Source: Eledone cirrhosa (taxonomy: Eukaryota). From it: 64,000 nucleotides of DNA. The notes beneath the pieces are model-generated. The model was not told the origin of the DNA, did not search any database, and saw only the letters and a list, made by a program, of their open reading frames with translations. Shown piece by piece: positions 1 through 9,255 of this stretch. The translations under genes were made by a program, and so were the position numbers. The stretch is from assembly GCA_964016885.1 (NCBI GenBank), contig OZ024743.1:115754001-115818000 (forward strand), in the 5' to 3' direction. Within the stretch, counting starts at the first letter, position 1. Each line of letters begins with the position of its first letter.

Positions 1-854
1 TTCAGAGCAAACCACCACTTGTTGTTGACGATGGCCTCCGTCAACGCCCGCTTAACTAGTTCGCTAATCCGGTCTCTCTAGGCCTTGCGCGCTGGTAAGG
101 ACGCGTTTAGCTTCCAGTAGCCGGGTCCTTGTCTATGAAGCCTATCTAAGTCAAGCACACAGATCACGAATTTGTGGTCCGTGTAGCTGACTATCTTGAA
201 TTGTGGACAGCCTATGCTAGACCTATCTATTTCCCTACAAAATACTCTATCTAGATATGATCTGGATGACCCTATGCGATTTGTCCAAGTCCACATTGGT
301 ACATTCGGGAAATCCATTCGGTACCTGTCAGACAGTTCAAAACGTCTGAGCAGGTTGGTGAGACTCTTGCACCCCCCTTCCCTATCCACTAATCCCACAC
401 AATGCCAGCGTGCATCTAAGATCCCGTTCCAGTCGCCCACTAACACTAAAGAGCGGGACGTTCCAAGAAAGGTCTCCAGACGCCGGAAGAAATCAGGCCG
501 CCCTGCTCCTGTCGGGGCATAGACGGCCACTAACCTGAAAGCTTGCCCGTCTCCGCTGGTCACGTCCAGCACCACCAACTTACCTTCTGGGTCCAGGAAG
601 ATGGCCCGTATGGCAAGATCCAAACCTCTCCGAAAAAGCACAGCAACTCCTCCCCCCGATCCCAGACGGCTGGGAGATTCGTACACATCGTAGCCGCCGA
701 AGATCGGTGCGAAAGCCTGTGCTTCGGAGATTCTGGTCTCGCTGATGGCCACTACATCTATGTTTAGTGACCCGAGGTCGTTGAGCAGGTGGCCCTGCTT
801 CCATGACGACCCCAAGCCACGCGCATTTATGCTGCCTATTCTGAGTGAGGTCAT
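1..854 (-). pseudogene. Copy A ORF2, AP-endonuclease domain with a premature stop
   Basis: Motifs SIN.RG, ISET, YAP, GDWN, LDR and TDH. TAC in copy B is TAG at 78-80 here, and homology continues past it. Confidence 0.88.
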
Positions 855-888
855 GTTGAAAAGGAGTGGAAAAGATGGGAAAGACCAC

Positions 889-2874
889 TTACCTTACTTC
901 TCGTAGGGGAAGGACGGCTTTTCCATCCTTTTCACTGCTTGTGGCCTCCTCTGGAAGGATGTCCTTATAAATCCTCCTGGAGAGTGCTTGTCGGAAGTCT
1001 CCGATGTATTTGGGGAATTTTTGTTTTAGTGTCATGTACGTTTTCTGTGTGATGCGAGTGATTTGTATGTGTGGAGGTGGTGTGAATTTTGGGGTTGTTG
1101 TGTAGTCTTTTTCTGTGATGCTGGTGTTGTGTTGGATGTAGTGTAATAATTGCTTGTTGTTCAAATTTAATGCTGTGTAGTGTGTATCGTTTTGGTTGTT
1201 TTGTTTTGTTTGCGTTTGTTGTGGGTTTGTTTCTGTTTCGCATTTTGGTGACTTTTGTGGTGTAGGTGATGGTGGTGCTGGGGATAATGATGGTGATGGT
1301 GTTGGTGTTTGGGTTGATGGGGTTGGTGATGCTGGTGTGGATGGTGGCATATCTGTCCTAACTTTTTTGTTTCTTAGTTTATTTGTTTCCCTCTGTATTT
1401 TGTTTTTGGAGGGGGAAGGAAGAGAATTTTTTCTTTTTTGGTTTCTTTTTTTTTTCCGGATATCGTTTCCCACTCCTCGTCGTCACAATCTGTCTCCAGT
1501 TGTGATAGGCCGGGGAGTGGAAAATCCTCCACAGCCGTTAGTTTTGGTTGTGGTGTGGTGGATGGTGTAGGCGCTGGTGCTAGTTCTGAAGCGTTGGGTG
1601 GTCGTGGTGTTGGTTTTGCTGGTGGTGGTAGTGGTGTTGGTTTTGCTACTGTTGCTGGGGTTGTTGCTGTTATAGTTGCTTCTGTTGTTGCTGCTACAGT
1701 TGTTGCTGCCATCTCTGCTACTGGTGGTGTTGATGGTTGTGTCACTGGGGTGGGTAGGAGAGGTGGCCTCAACCTTTTAGCCTGAGGGCAGAAAGCCTTT
1801 AGGTGGGTTCCTTCACCACAAACGACACACCTAGGTCTTCTGCCCTCGACAATTACCGTGAGGTGGCTGCCGTCAGTGAGGTCTATTACCTCTGCGATCT
1901 CCTCAATGCTTTTTTGGTCCGCTTGGATCAGGAGCTCCATCCCAGATCCGGACCAGTTTTCCTGCTTTTCTTTTGCTACTGCTATTATTTTCGTGTTGGC
2001 TTCGATGCCGGTGAGGACAGCCGCTATTAGCCAGGGAATTTCGATGGCCGGTGGAACGTGGGTCACCCTGATCTTTACGAGTCTCTGGCCACAATAGCTT
2101 GGGACGAGTGTGAGGTCGTCACTTTTTAATGGGGCCATGGAGTGTTCTCTAGCCTCCTCTGGTGTTTCAAAGAACACATCCACGGTTCCATACTTTTGCC
2201 CACGTCTGATGTGGGTTTTTCTTGCCCACACATGTCCCAAAGCTTTTTGGATTTGGGACTCGGATGCCCGTTCCACTCGGCGCGATTTTACATTTATTGT
2301 TCTATACGACACGGTGCACAGGCGCCGATGCTCCATTTTATTAGGTGGGGGGGGGAGGCTGACCCTGTACCCATCTTTCTTTACCATTTGTTTGGCATTT
2401 TCTAAATCTTCTTGAGTTACCGTGAACGCTTCGAATTGTTTTGCTACGATGGCGAAACTGAGGGTCGGTTTTATAATGTCATTGTTGTTGTTGTTGCTAT
2501 CGTTAATATTAATTTTATTTTCAGTTTTGGTGGTGGTGACGTCAGTCGTCTTTGGTGCGGAAGAGTCCATTTTGCTTGATTTCATTTCGACATCACGAGT
2601 TAATTTATTTTTTTCTTCTTTTGTTTCTGTTGTCGCGGTGGTGGTGGGGGTGGTGGTTGTCGCGGTGGTGGTGGTGGTGGAGGCTTTAACACCTGCAGTC
2701 ATTGGTAATGGCGGGAAATGAATGTCTGCCTGAGACAAATTTATAATTATTGCTACTGCTTATATTTTTTTTTGTGTTGGCAAACGTAGTAACATTTACA
2801 ATGGTGGTGTCGGTGTGAGGTGTTATTTTGTGAGGAAGGCTTTCAGCTGCTTCGTGCAGAGGGGAATTAGCCAT
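889..2874 (-). pseudogene. Copy A ORF1 (Gag-like, CCHC knuckle), with two frameshifts
   Basis: ORFs 2686-2928, 1374-2738 and 889-1473 join into one protein homologous to ORF 6899-8983, with the knuckle CVVCGEGTHLKAFC. The shifts lie near homopolymer runs (~2765 and ~1450). Confidence 0.8.
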
Positions 2875-3084
2875 TTTTTTTCCAAGAAAATTTTGGATAA
2901 TAATAAAAGTTAAAAATTTTGGGCACAAGGCCCCAATCTTTTTGGGTGTCCTTTTCGGAAAACAATATATGTGTGCTTATAAACAGTTTACAATAAAATT
3001 TTCCATAAATGGCAATTTTTAAACAAACGGAAATAACAAACCTTTGCGGAGCTCACGATAATACGATTTCCTACGTAGGTCGCC

Positions 3085-3119
<35 letters not shown>

Positions 3120-3136
3120 TAATAATAATAATAATG

Positions 3137-3182
<46 letters not shown>

Positions 3183-3443
3183 TTTCTTTATTAACCACAA
3201 GGGTTTACATAAAGTAGACATTAAGGACAGTGCAGGACAATGCAGGACGGTACAAATGGGCATTTCTGCGTGTAAAAAAAACAAAAACAGAGGATGTAAC
3301 AAAAATAACAATGAAAATAACAATGAAAAATTCCCCAATAGGGGGGAGACTTCGGAGGGACATTTGTGGAGAAAGCCCAGTAAAAAGCCACAATGACCCT
3401 GACCACCAAGGCAAGTGCCCTCTCCCAGTTTTCCACCTTTAGT

Positions 3444-6400
3444 TTACAGATATATACTCAGAGTCGGCCCATTCACTCGGGCCATTCTTGCTTCTCTCAC
3501 CCATCTTTCAACAAAATGCTGGGAAGAGAGCACTTCCTTCTCTACTCTGATTTTCCTTTTCAAATGAAATTTGAAAAAGTCAATCAGAGCATCACCGAAG
3601 AGGTAAGTGCTCGTCTTCAGCCCTTTCAAACGTGTCCACCATACTATCTCTTTCGCCATGGCCACCAGACAGATAAAAACTGCCTGCCCTTCCCGGCTAA
3701 ATGAGGAGGGCGGGGCAATCCTCACGATAGACTCAGATGATAGCTGGATCCGTCCTAAACGCGACAGCAGGTGTTCGACATAAACCCACAAGTCAGCAAT
3801 TTTCGGACACTGGACGAGTGCGTGCAGGACGGTTTCGTCGCCCTGCGCGCATCTCGGACATGCCCGGCTGACGGCACCTCCATGCCTGTAGAGTTTATCC
3901 CGAACTGGCAAGGCTCCTCGGTAGCACTGCCAGGCCAGAGATTTCTGGAAGTTGTCCATAGGCCCTGGCCCGAAAGTTCTTCCGAAGAGATTGGCTAGTT
4001 GATTTTCGTCGACGCCTAGAGTTTCCCCAAGTACGTCGTCGCTCTTCCCTTCCACTAATCCTCTATAGAACGCCGAGGTGGAGTTTCCACCGATCACATT
4101 GCCCGATTGGTCGAGGGCTGTGAGCGCCTGAAGACATTCCAGTCTCCAGGCGCTCCCTCTCGGTCTTCGCTTGACCCAGGACTGCAGCTCCGTCAAGGAA
4201 ACGAGCTGGGGAAAAACGCGTCTAGCAAACGGCGACCACACCTGATCACCGTCGAGGAAGAGGTGGAGATGTCGTAGCCTGAGCGCGTGCCTGCGCATCA
4301 TCAGCCACGGCATGCCCAGCCCTCCACGTAGCGGGTGTTGACAACAGATGGACCGCCTGACCATCGGAGCACGTCCCTTCCACAAAAAGCGAAAGAGCAA
4401 ACGCTCCAGCGCAGTCAGGCGAGGCTTAGGACAAGGTACGACGGTTAGGCGGTAGCAGATGACAGACGCGATGTACGCGTTAGCCACCTCCGCTCGACCT
4501 TTCAGGGATAGCTTCCTCTCCGCCCATTTCTGGGTGAGAGAAGCCACCCTGCTCGTCACCTCGTCCCAGTTTTTGTCCGTCTGGAGGTCCGGACCGAACC
4601 AGACCCCTAGCAATTTAACCGGTCCGTCCGTCCAGCGCCCGACGACGCTGTTGGACGGCATGGACCTGCCTCTCCAGGTGCCGAGCTGCAGGCCCACTGA
4701 CTTTTCCTGGTTGATCATTGCTCCTGTCACCGCTTCGTATTCTCTTAGTGTAGTGCCGATCGCCTCGATGTGTTTGGCGTTCGACACCACTACGGTGACA
4801 TCGTCCGCATATGCTGACACGGATCTTCCGCATCCTAGTTCGCGCGGGACTCCCCTCAACGTCTCCAGTTTGTGCAGTAATGGCTCGAGAGTCAATACGT
4901 ACAAGAGGGACGAGAGGGGACATCCTTGGCGGACCGAGCGCATGATGTTGAACGGTTCCGACAGGTGACCGTTCACTCTCACCACAGAGCAGATGTCGCT
5001 GTGCATGGCAGCGATCCAGCCTCTGAAGACGGGCCCAAAGCCAGCCGCCCTCAGGACTGCCGCTAGGTAACGATGGTCGACCCTATCGAAAGCTTTCGAC
5101 TGATCTAAATTGATCAAGGACCCACCCGTGCCAGGTTCCCTAGCTACCCTCTCTACGATGTATCGCATGAGGTGGAGGTTGTCGTGGATGGATCTGTCGG
5201 GAATGGCGCATGTCTGCGCCTCTCCCACCAGACCACCAACGACAAGCGCCAACCTCTTTGCTAGCACCTTGGCCAAAATCTTAAACTCTGTGTTTAGCAG
5301 AGTTATGGGCCGGAAATTGTCTATGTTATCCCCCTTGTTCGGATCCTTTCTCAGCAGTGCCACCGCTCCTCGGCTCACAGAACTGGGAATTCTCCCGTTC
5401 TGTTGCCAGTTGCAGTAGACGTCCGCCAAGAGGCCTCCGAACAAGTCTGGCATCTGTACGTAAAGTTCATAGGGCAGACCATCCAAACCAGGCGATTTAC
5501 CCCTTGTGCAGCCAGTCATTGCCTCCCGTACTTCAGCGGCTGTTATCGGCTTTTCGCAACACCTCGCCTCAGTGGCCGAGAGCCGCGGCAGCCCGTCGAG
5601 GTAGACACTAAAGTCCATCCCTCTACCCGGCCCCCCGCTGCCCCCGAACAGCTGAGCGAAGTGTCGCTGAAAAGCTTCACACATTTGCCCGGGATCGAGT
5701 AGCATGCGCCCGTCGTGGTCCACCAAAGACCGGATCGTGGCTTTGTTGCCACGACGCGCCTCCGCCACTCGGGCCCATTGAACGGCTTTCGTCCCCTCGT
5801 GTCTGAGAGCACGCACCCTAGCTCTGACAACGCAGCCTTCGTGCTTTGCATTGAAGAATTGGTCAAGGGCCAATTTCGCCGCAAGCACGTCGGTCGCAAT
5901 GCCTTTGCTAAGCGCCTCGTCTAATTTTCTAACTAGTTCTCCCTCTGCTCTATTTTTCTCTATTGCTAAAGCCTTACTAAACCTAATCGATTCTATTCTA
6001 ATCGCTCTTTTCAGAGCAAACCACCACTTGTTGTTGACGATGGCCCCCGTCAACGCCCGCTTAACTAGTTCGCTAATCCGGTCTCTGTAGGCCTTGCGCG
6101 CTGGTAAGGACGCGTTTAGCTTCCAGTAGCCGGGTCCTCGTCTATGAAGCCTATCTAAGTCAAGCACACAGGTCACGAATTTGTGGTCCGTGTAGCTGAC
6201 TATCTTGAATTGTGGACAGCCTATGCTAGACCTATCTATTTCCCTACAAAATACTCTATCTAGATATGATCTGGATGACCCTATGCGGTTTGTCCAAGTC
6301 CACATTGGCACATTCGGGAAATCCAATCGGTACCTGTCAGACAGTTCAAAACGCCTGAGCAGGTTGGTGAGGCTCTTGCACCCTCCACCCCTATCCGCTA

Positions 6401-6863
6401 ATCCCACACAGTCCCAGCGTGCATCTAAGATCCCGTTCCAGTCGCCCACTAACACTAAAGAGCGGGACGTTCCAAGAAAGGTCTCCAGACGCCGGAAGAA
6501 ATCAGGCCGCCCTGCTCCTGTCGGGGCATAGACGGCCACTAGCCTGAAAGATTGCCCGTCTCCGCTGGTCACGTCCAGCACCACCAGCTTACCCTCTGGG
6601 TCCAGGAAGATGGCCCGTATGGCGAGATCCAAACCTCTCCGAAAAAGTACAGCAACTCCTCCACCGGATCCAGGACGGCTGGGAGATGCGTACACATCGT
6701 AGCCGCCGAAGATCGGTGCGAAGGCCCGTGCTTCGGAGATTCTGGTCTCGCTGATGGCCACTACATCTATGTTTAGTGACCTGAGGTCGTTGAGCAGGTG
6801 ACCCTGCTTCCATGACGACCCCAAGCCACGCGCATTTATGCTGCCTATTCTGAGTGAGGTCAT
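3444..6863 (-). CDS. ORF2: APE endonuclease, reverse transcriptase and C-terminal CCHC zinc finger
   Basis: KSPGLDG, FRPITLLN, LDQSKAFDRV, QGCPLS, YADD, and CPRC...ETVLHALVQC. Confidence 0.97.
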   Translation of the reverse strand: MTSLRIGSINARGLGSSWKQGHLLNDLRSLNIDVVAISETRISEARAFAPIFGGYDVYASPSRPGSGGGVAVLFRRGLDLAIRAIFLDPEGKLVVLDVTSGDGQSFRLVAVYAPTGAGRPDFFRRLETFLGTSRSLVLVGDWNGILDARWDCVGLADRGGGCKSLTNLLRRFELSDRYRLDFPNVPMWTWTNRIGSSRSYLDRVFCREIDRSSIGCPQFKIVSYTDHKFVTCVLDLDRLHRRGPGYWKLNASLPARKAYRDRISELVKRALTGAIVNNKWWFALKRAIRIESIRFSKALAIEKNRAEGELVRKLDEALSKGIATDVLAAKLALDQFFNAKHEGCVVRARVRALRHEGTKAVQWARVAEARRGNKATIRSLVDHDGRMLLDPGQMCEAFQRHFAQLFGGSGGPGRGMDFSVYLDGLPRLSATEARCCEKPITAAEVREAMTGCTRGKSPGLDGLPYELYVQMPDLFGGLLADVYCNWQQNGRIPSSVSRGAVALLRKDPNKGDNIDNFRPITLLNTEFKILAKVLAKRLALVVGGLVGEAQTCAIPDRSIHDNLHLMRYIVERVAREPGTGGSLINLDQSKAFDRVDHRYLAAVLRAAGFGPVFRGWIAAMHSDICSVVRVNGHLSEPFNIMRSVRQGCPLSSLLYVLTLEPLLHKLETLRGVPRELGCGRSVSAYADDVTVVVSNAKHIEAIGTTLREYEAVTGAMINQEKSVGLQLGTWRGRSMPSNSVVGRWTDGPVKLLGVWFGPDLQTDKNWDEVTSRVASLTQKWAERKLSLKGRAEVANAYIASVICYRLTVVPCPKPRLTALERLLFRFLWKGRAPMVRRSICCQHPLRGGLGMPWLMMRRHALRLRHLHLFLDGDQVWSPFARRVFPQLVSLTELQSWVKRRPRGSAWRLECLQALTALDQSGNVIGGNSTSAFYRGLVEGKSDDVLGETLGVDENQLANLFGRTFGPGPMDNFQKSLAWQCYRGALPVRDKLYRHGGAVSRACPRCAQGDETVLHALVQCPKIADLWVYVEHLLSRLGRIQLSSESIVRIAPPSSFSREGQAVFICLVAMAKEIVWWTRLKGLKTSTYLFGDALIDFFKFHLKRKIRVEKEVLSSQHFVERWVREARMARVNGPTLSIYL

Positions 6864-6898
6864 GTTTAAAATAGAGTGGAAAAGATGGGAAAGACCAC

Positions 6899-8983
6899 TT
6901 ACCGTATTTTTGGTAGAGGAGGGATGGTTTTTACATCCCTTTTCACTTGATCGTCTGGTGAAGGGACCGTTGAATCGTCCCTTCGGCTGGTCGTCGGCTC
7001 TTCTAAGAGAATGTCTGAATATACTCTTCGATTAATGGTTCCTCCTAGGTCCCTGAAATCACCAACTGCGTTGGGGAATTTCGTTTTAATGTTTGTGTAT
7101 TGTTTCTGTGCTATTTTTAGCAGTCTTATGTTAGTTGGCGTTTTGATTGGTGCTGGTATTATGTAGTCCTGTTGTGAAATGTCTGTGTGTTCAATTATGT
7201 AAGTCATTAGTTTCTTGTTGTGTGTGTTTATTGCCGTGCATTTGTTTTTCTGGGGGTGGGGTGTGGTTCTGCTATTTTCTTGTCGTTGTTGCTGGGTGTG
7301 TGTGTTTTGTTGTTGTGTTTGCGATGTTGGTGCTTGTGGTGTTGAAGGTGTTGTTGGCGGTGGGGTTGTCGCCGGTGGTGATGGTGGTGCTGGTGTGGGT
7401 GGTGATGGTGTTGGTGGTGTTGCTGCTGTGGGTCTCTTTGCAGTAGACTTTACCCTTTTCTCATTTCTTTCCTCCCTTTTCAAAGGCGACGATGCGCTGC
7501 TTCTGCGTTTGTGCCTTCTTGAGACCTTTTGCCATCCCTCTCCCACCTCACACTCCATGTCTGATTCTGTAAGGTCGGGGAGGGGTACCAGCTCCACTCT
7601 TTCACTTGTTGTTGTTGGTGATGTTTGCACTGGAGTCTCTGTTGCAGCTGCATTTGGTATTGCTGTTGTTGTTGTTAATATTTCCACTGCTGCTGCTGTC
7701 TTTGATTTCCGTGGAGTGGGTATGGGTGCCACGGACCTATCGTTCCTGGTTGCCGCTTGTCCTGTTGCTGGTAGCCGTGGAACCGGATTCGGGAGGAGGG
7801 GGGTTTTCTCCTTTCTCAGGGTCTTCTCGTTGCAGAAGGCCCTTAGGTGAGTTTTCGATCCACAGCGAAAGCATTTCGGGCGTTTGCCCTCAACACTTAT
7901 GGGCAGTTGAGTGCCGTTATCGAAGTCTATCACATCCGGGATAGCTTCGATGCACTCCTGGTTGGTTTGGATTAGCATCTCAATGGAGGAGCCGACCCAA
8001 TCTTCTCTTACTTTTTTCTGTACTTGCAGTACAGTTGTTTTGTCCTCGATTCCGACGAGGACAGACGCGGCCAGCCAAGAAGGGGTCATTCCGGGGGGGA
8101 CGTGGGTCAGTTTGACCCTCACAATGTTTTGCCCACAGTAGGAGGGCACCAACACCATTTCCTCGCTCCTTAGGGTCACTACTGATTGGGCCTTTGCCTC
8201 CTGGGGTGTGGCAAAAAGTACGTCTACGGTGGCATATTTTTTGCCTCGGGTGATGTGCGTTTTCCGCTGCCACACAGACCCCAAGGCTTTTTGTATTTGG
8301 GCCTCTGTGGCTCTTTCCACCCTACGGGATTTTGTACTTACTGTACGGTACGTGACCGTACAGCGCTCTTGGGTTTCGAAAAAATTTTTCGCTGCCTTGC
8401 AGATTGCTCGGTGTCCGTTCTTTGTCACCATCTTCTTCGCTTCCTCTAATTCCTCATTTGTTATGAGGATTGTTTCCAAGTTTTTCGCAATACCTGCAAA
8501 TGAGATTGGTTTTTCTCTGCTGTTGTTGTCGTCAGAGCTGCTGGTACTTTTGTTGTTGCTGCAGGTACTACGACTACTGCCTCCGCCGCTGTTGCTGTGG
8601 TTGTTGTTGGTGTTGCTGCTGCTAATGCTGTTGTTGTTTATGCTGCTGGTGATGCTGTTGCGGCTGCTACTGTTGTTTTCATTGTCACTGTTGCTGTTGT
8701 TATTACGGCTGCTACTGCTATTATTCCTGACGTCAGACGAATGAACTGGGTTTTCGTATTTCCCGCACACCTGTTTCGTCGCTGTCGTCGTCGTGGAGAA
8801 ACCTTGCACGCTTTGCACGAGACTTTTCTTTTCTTTCGTCACTTGCGAAAGAGAAGGGAGGGAGAGAGACACATTTAAAGAAGGGAGGGAGAGAGACAAT
8901 CTTCTCTCTGCTGTAGTGATGATTGAGGAAGAAGAAGACGGAATGAGTGGGAGTGACGTATGAAATTTCTTTTTCGTAGCCAT
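6899..8983 (-). CDS. ORF1: Gag-like nucleic-acid-binding protein with a CX2CX4HX4C knuckle
   Basis: Uninterrupted 694-aa ORF directly upstream of ORF2, containing CFRCGSKTHLRAFC and Asn/Ser- and Pro/Thr-rich linkers. Confidence 0.9.
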   Translation of the reverse strand: MATKKKFHTSLPLIPSSSSSIITTAERRLSLSLPSLNVSLSLPSLSQVTKEKKSLVQSVQGFSTTTTATKQVCGKYENPVHSSDVRNNSSSSRNNNSNSDNENNSSSRNSITSSINNNSISSSNTNNNHSNSGGGSSRSTCSNNKSTSSSDDNNSREKPISFAGIAKNLETILITNEELEEAKKMVTKNGHRAICKAAKNFFETQERCTVTYRTVSTKSRRVERATEAQIQKALGSVWQRKTHITRGKKYATVDVLFATPQEAKAQSVVTLRSEEMVLVPSYCGQNIVRVKLTHVPPGMTPSWLAASVLVGIEDKTTVLQVQKKVREDWVGSSIEMLIQTNQECIEAIPDVIDFDNGTQLPISVEGKRPKCFRCGSKTHLRAFCNEKTLRKEKTPLLPNPVPRLPATGQAATRNDRSVAPIPTPRKSKTAAAVEILTTTTAIPNAAATETPVQTSPTTTSERVELVPLPDLTESDMECEVGEGWQKVSRRHKRRSSASSPLKREERNEKRVKSTAKRPTAATPPTPSPPTPAPPSPPATTPPPTTPSTPQAPTSQTQQQNTHTQQQRQENSRTTPHPQKNKCTAINTHNKKLMTYIIEHTDISQQDYIIPAPIKTPTNIRLLKIAQKQYTNIKTKFPNAVGDFRDLGGTINRRVYSDILLEEPTTSRRDDSTVPSPDDQVKRDVKTIPPLPKIR

Positions 8984-9198
8984 GTTGTTTTTTGTTTAAA
9001 ATGAAATTTTGGGTACAAAACCCCAATAACTGGTTATTTAACCCCGAAGGGCCAAATAACAGACAGAAAGACCCCTCTCACGAGGAGGAGGGTGTCTTTA
9101 TCAACAATTTGGTTCAAGTTTTAAACAATTTACAATTGTTTTAACGGTTAAAAATTACTATACCTTACAGAGCCGAGCCTCCGTCAACCATGGCATTC

Positions 9199-9224
9199 AA
9201 TAATAATAATAATAATAATAATAA

Positions 9225-9255
<31 letters not shown>

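Larger units (their letters stand above)
1..3084 (-). mobile_element. L1/Tx1-clade non-LTR retrotransposon, copy A (5' part; continues beyond the window start)
   Basis: 5' UTR, ORF1 with a CCHC knuckle, and an ORF2 APE endonuclease nearly identical to copy B. The 5' end abuts the (TTA)n tail of copy B. Confidence 0.92.
3085..9198 (-). mobile_element. Full-length, apparently intact L1/Tx1-clade retrotransposon, copy B
   Basis: ~215-nt 5' UTR, ORF1 694 aa, ORF2 1139 aa, 3' UTR with AATAAA just before a (TTA)n tail (3085-3183). Confidence 0.95.

Noticed and set aside
1374-2874. Programmed frameshifting in copy A ORF1
   Set aside because: The shifts lie near homopolymer runs and copy B is uninterrupted, so mutation or sequencing error is more likely.
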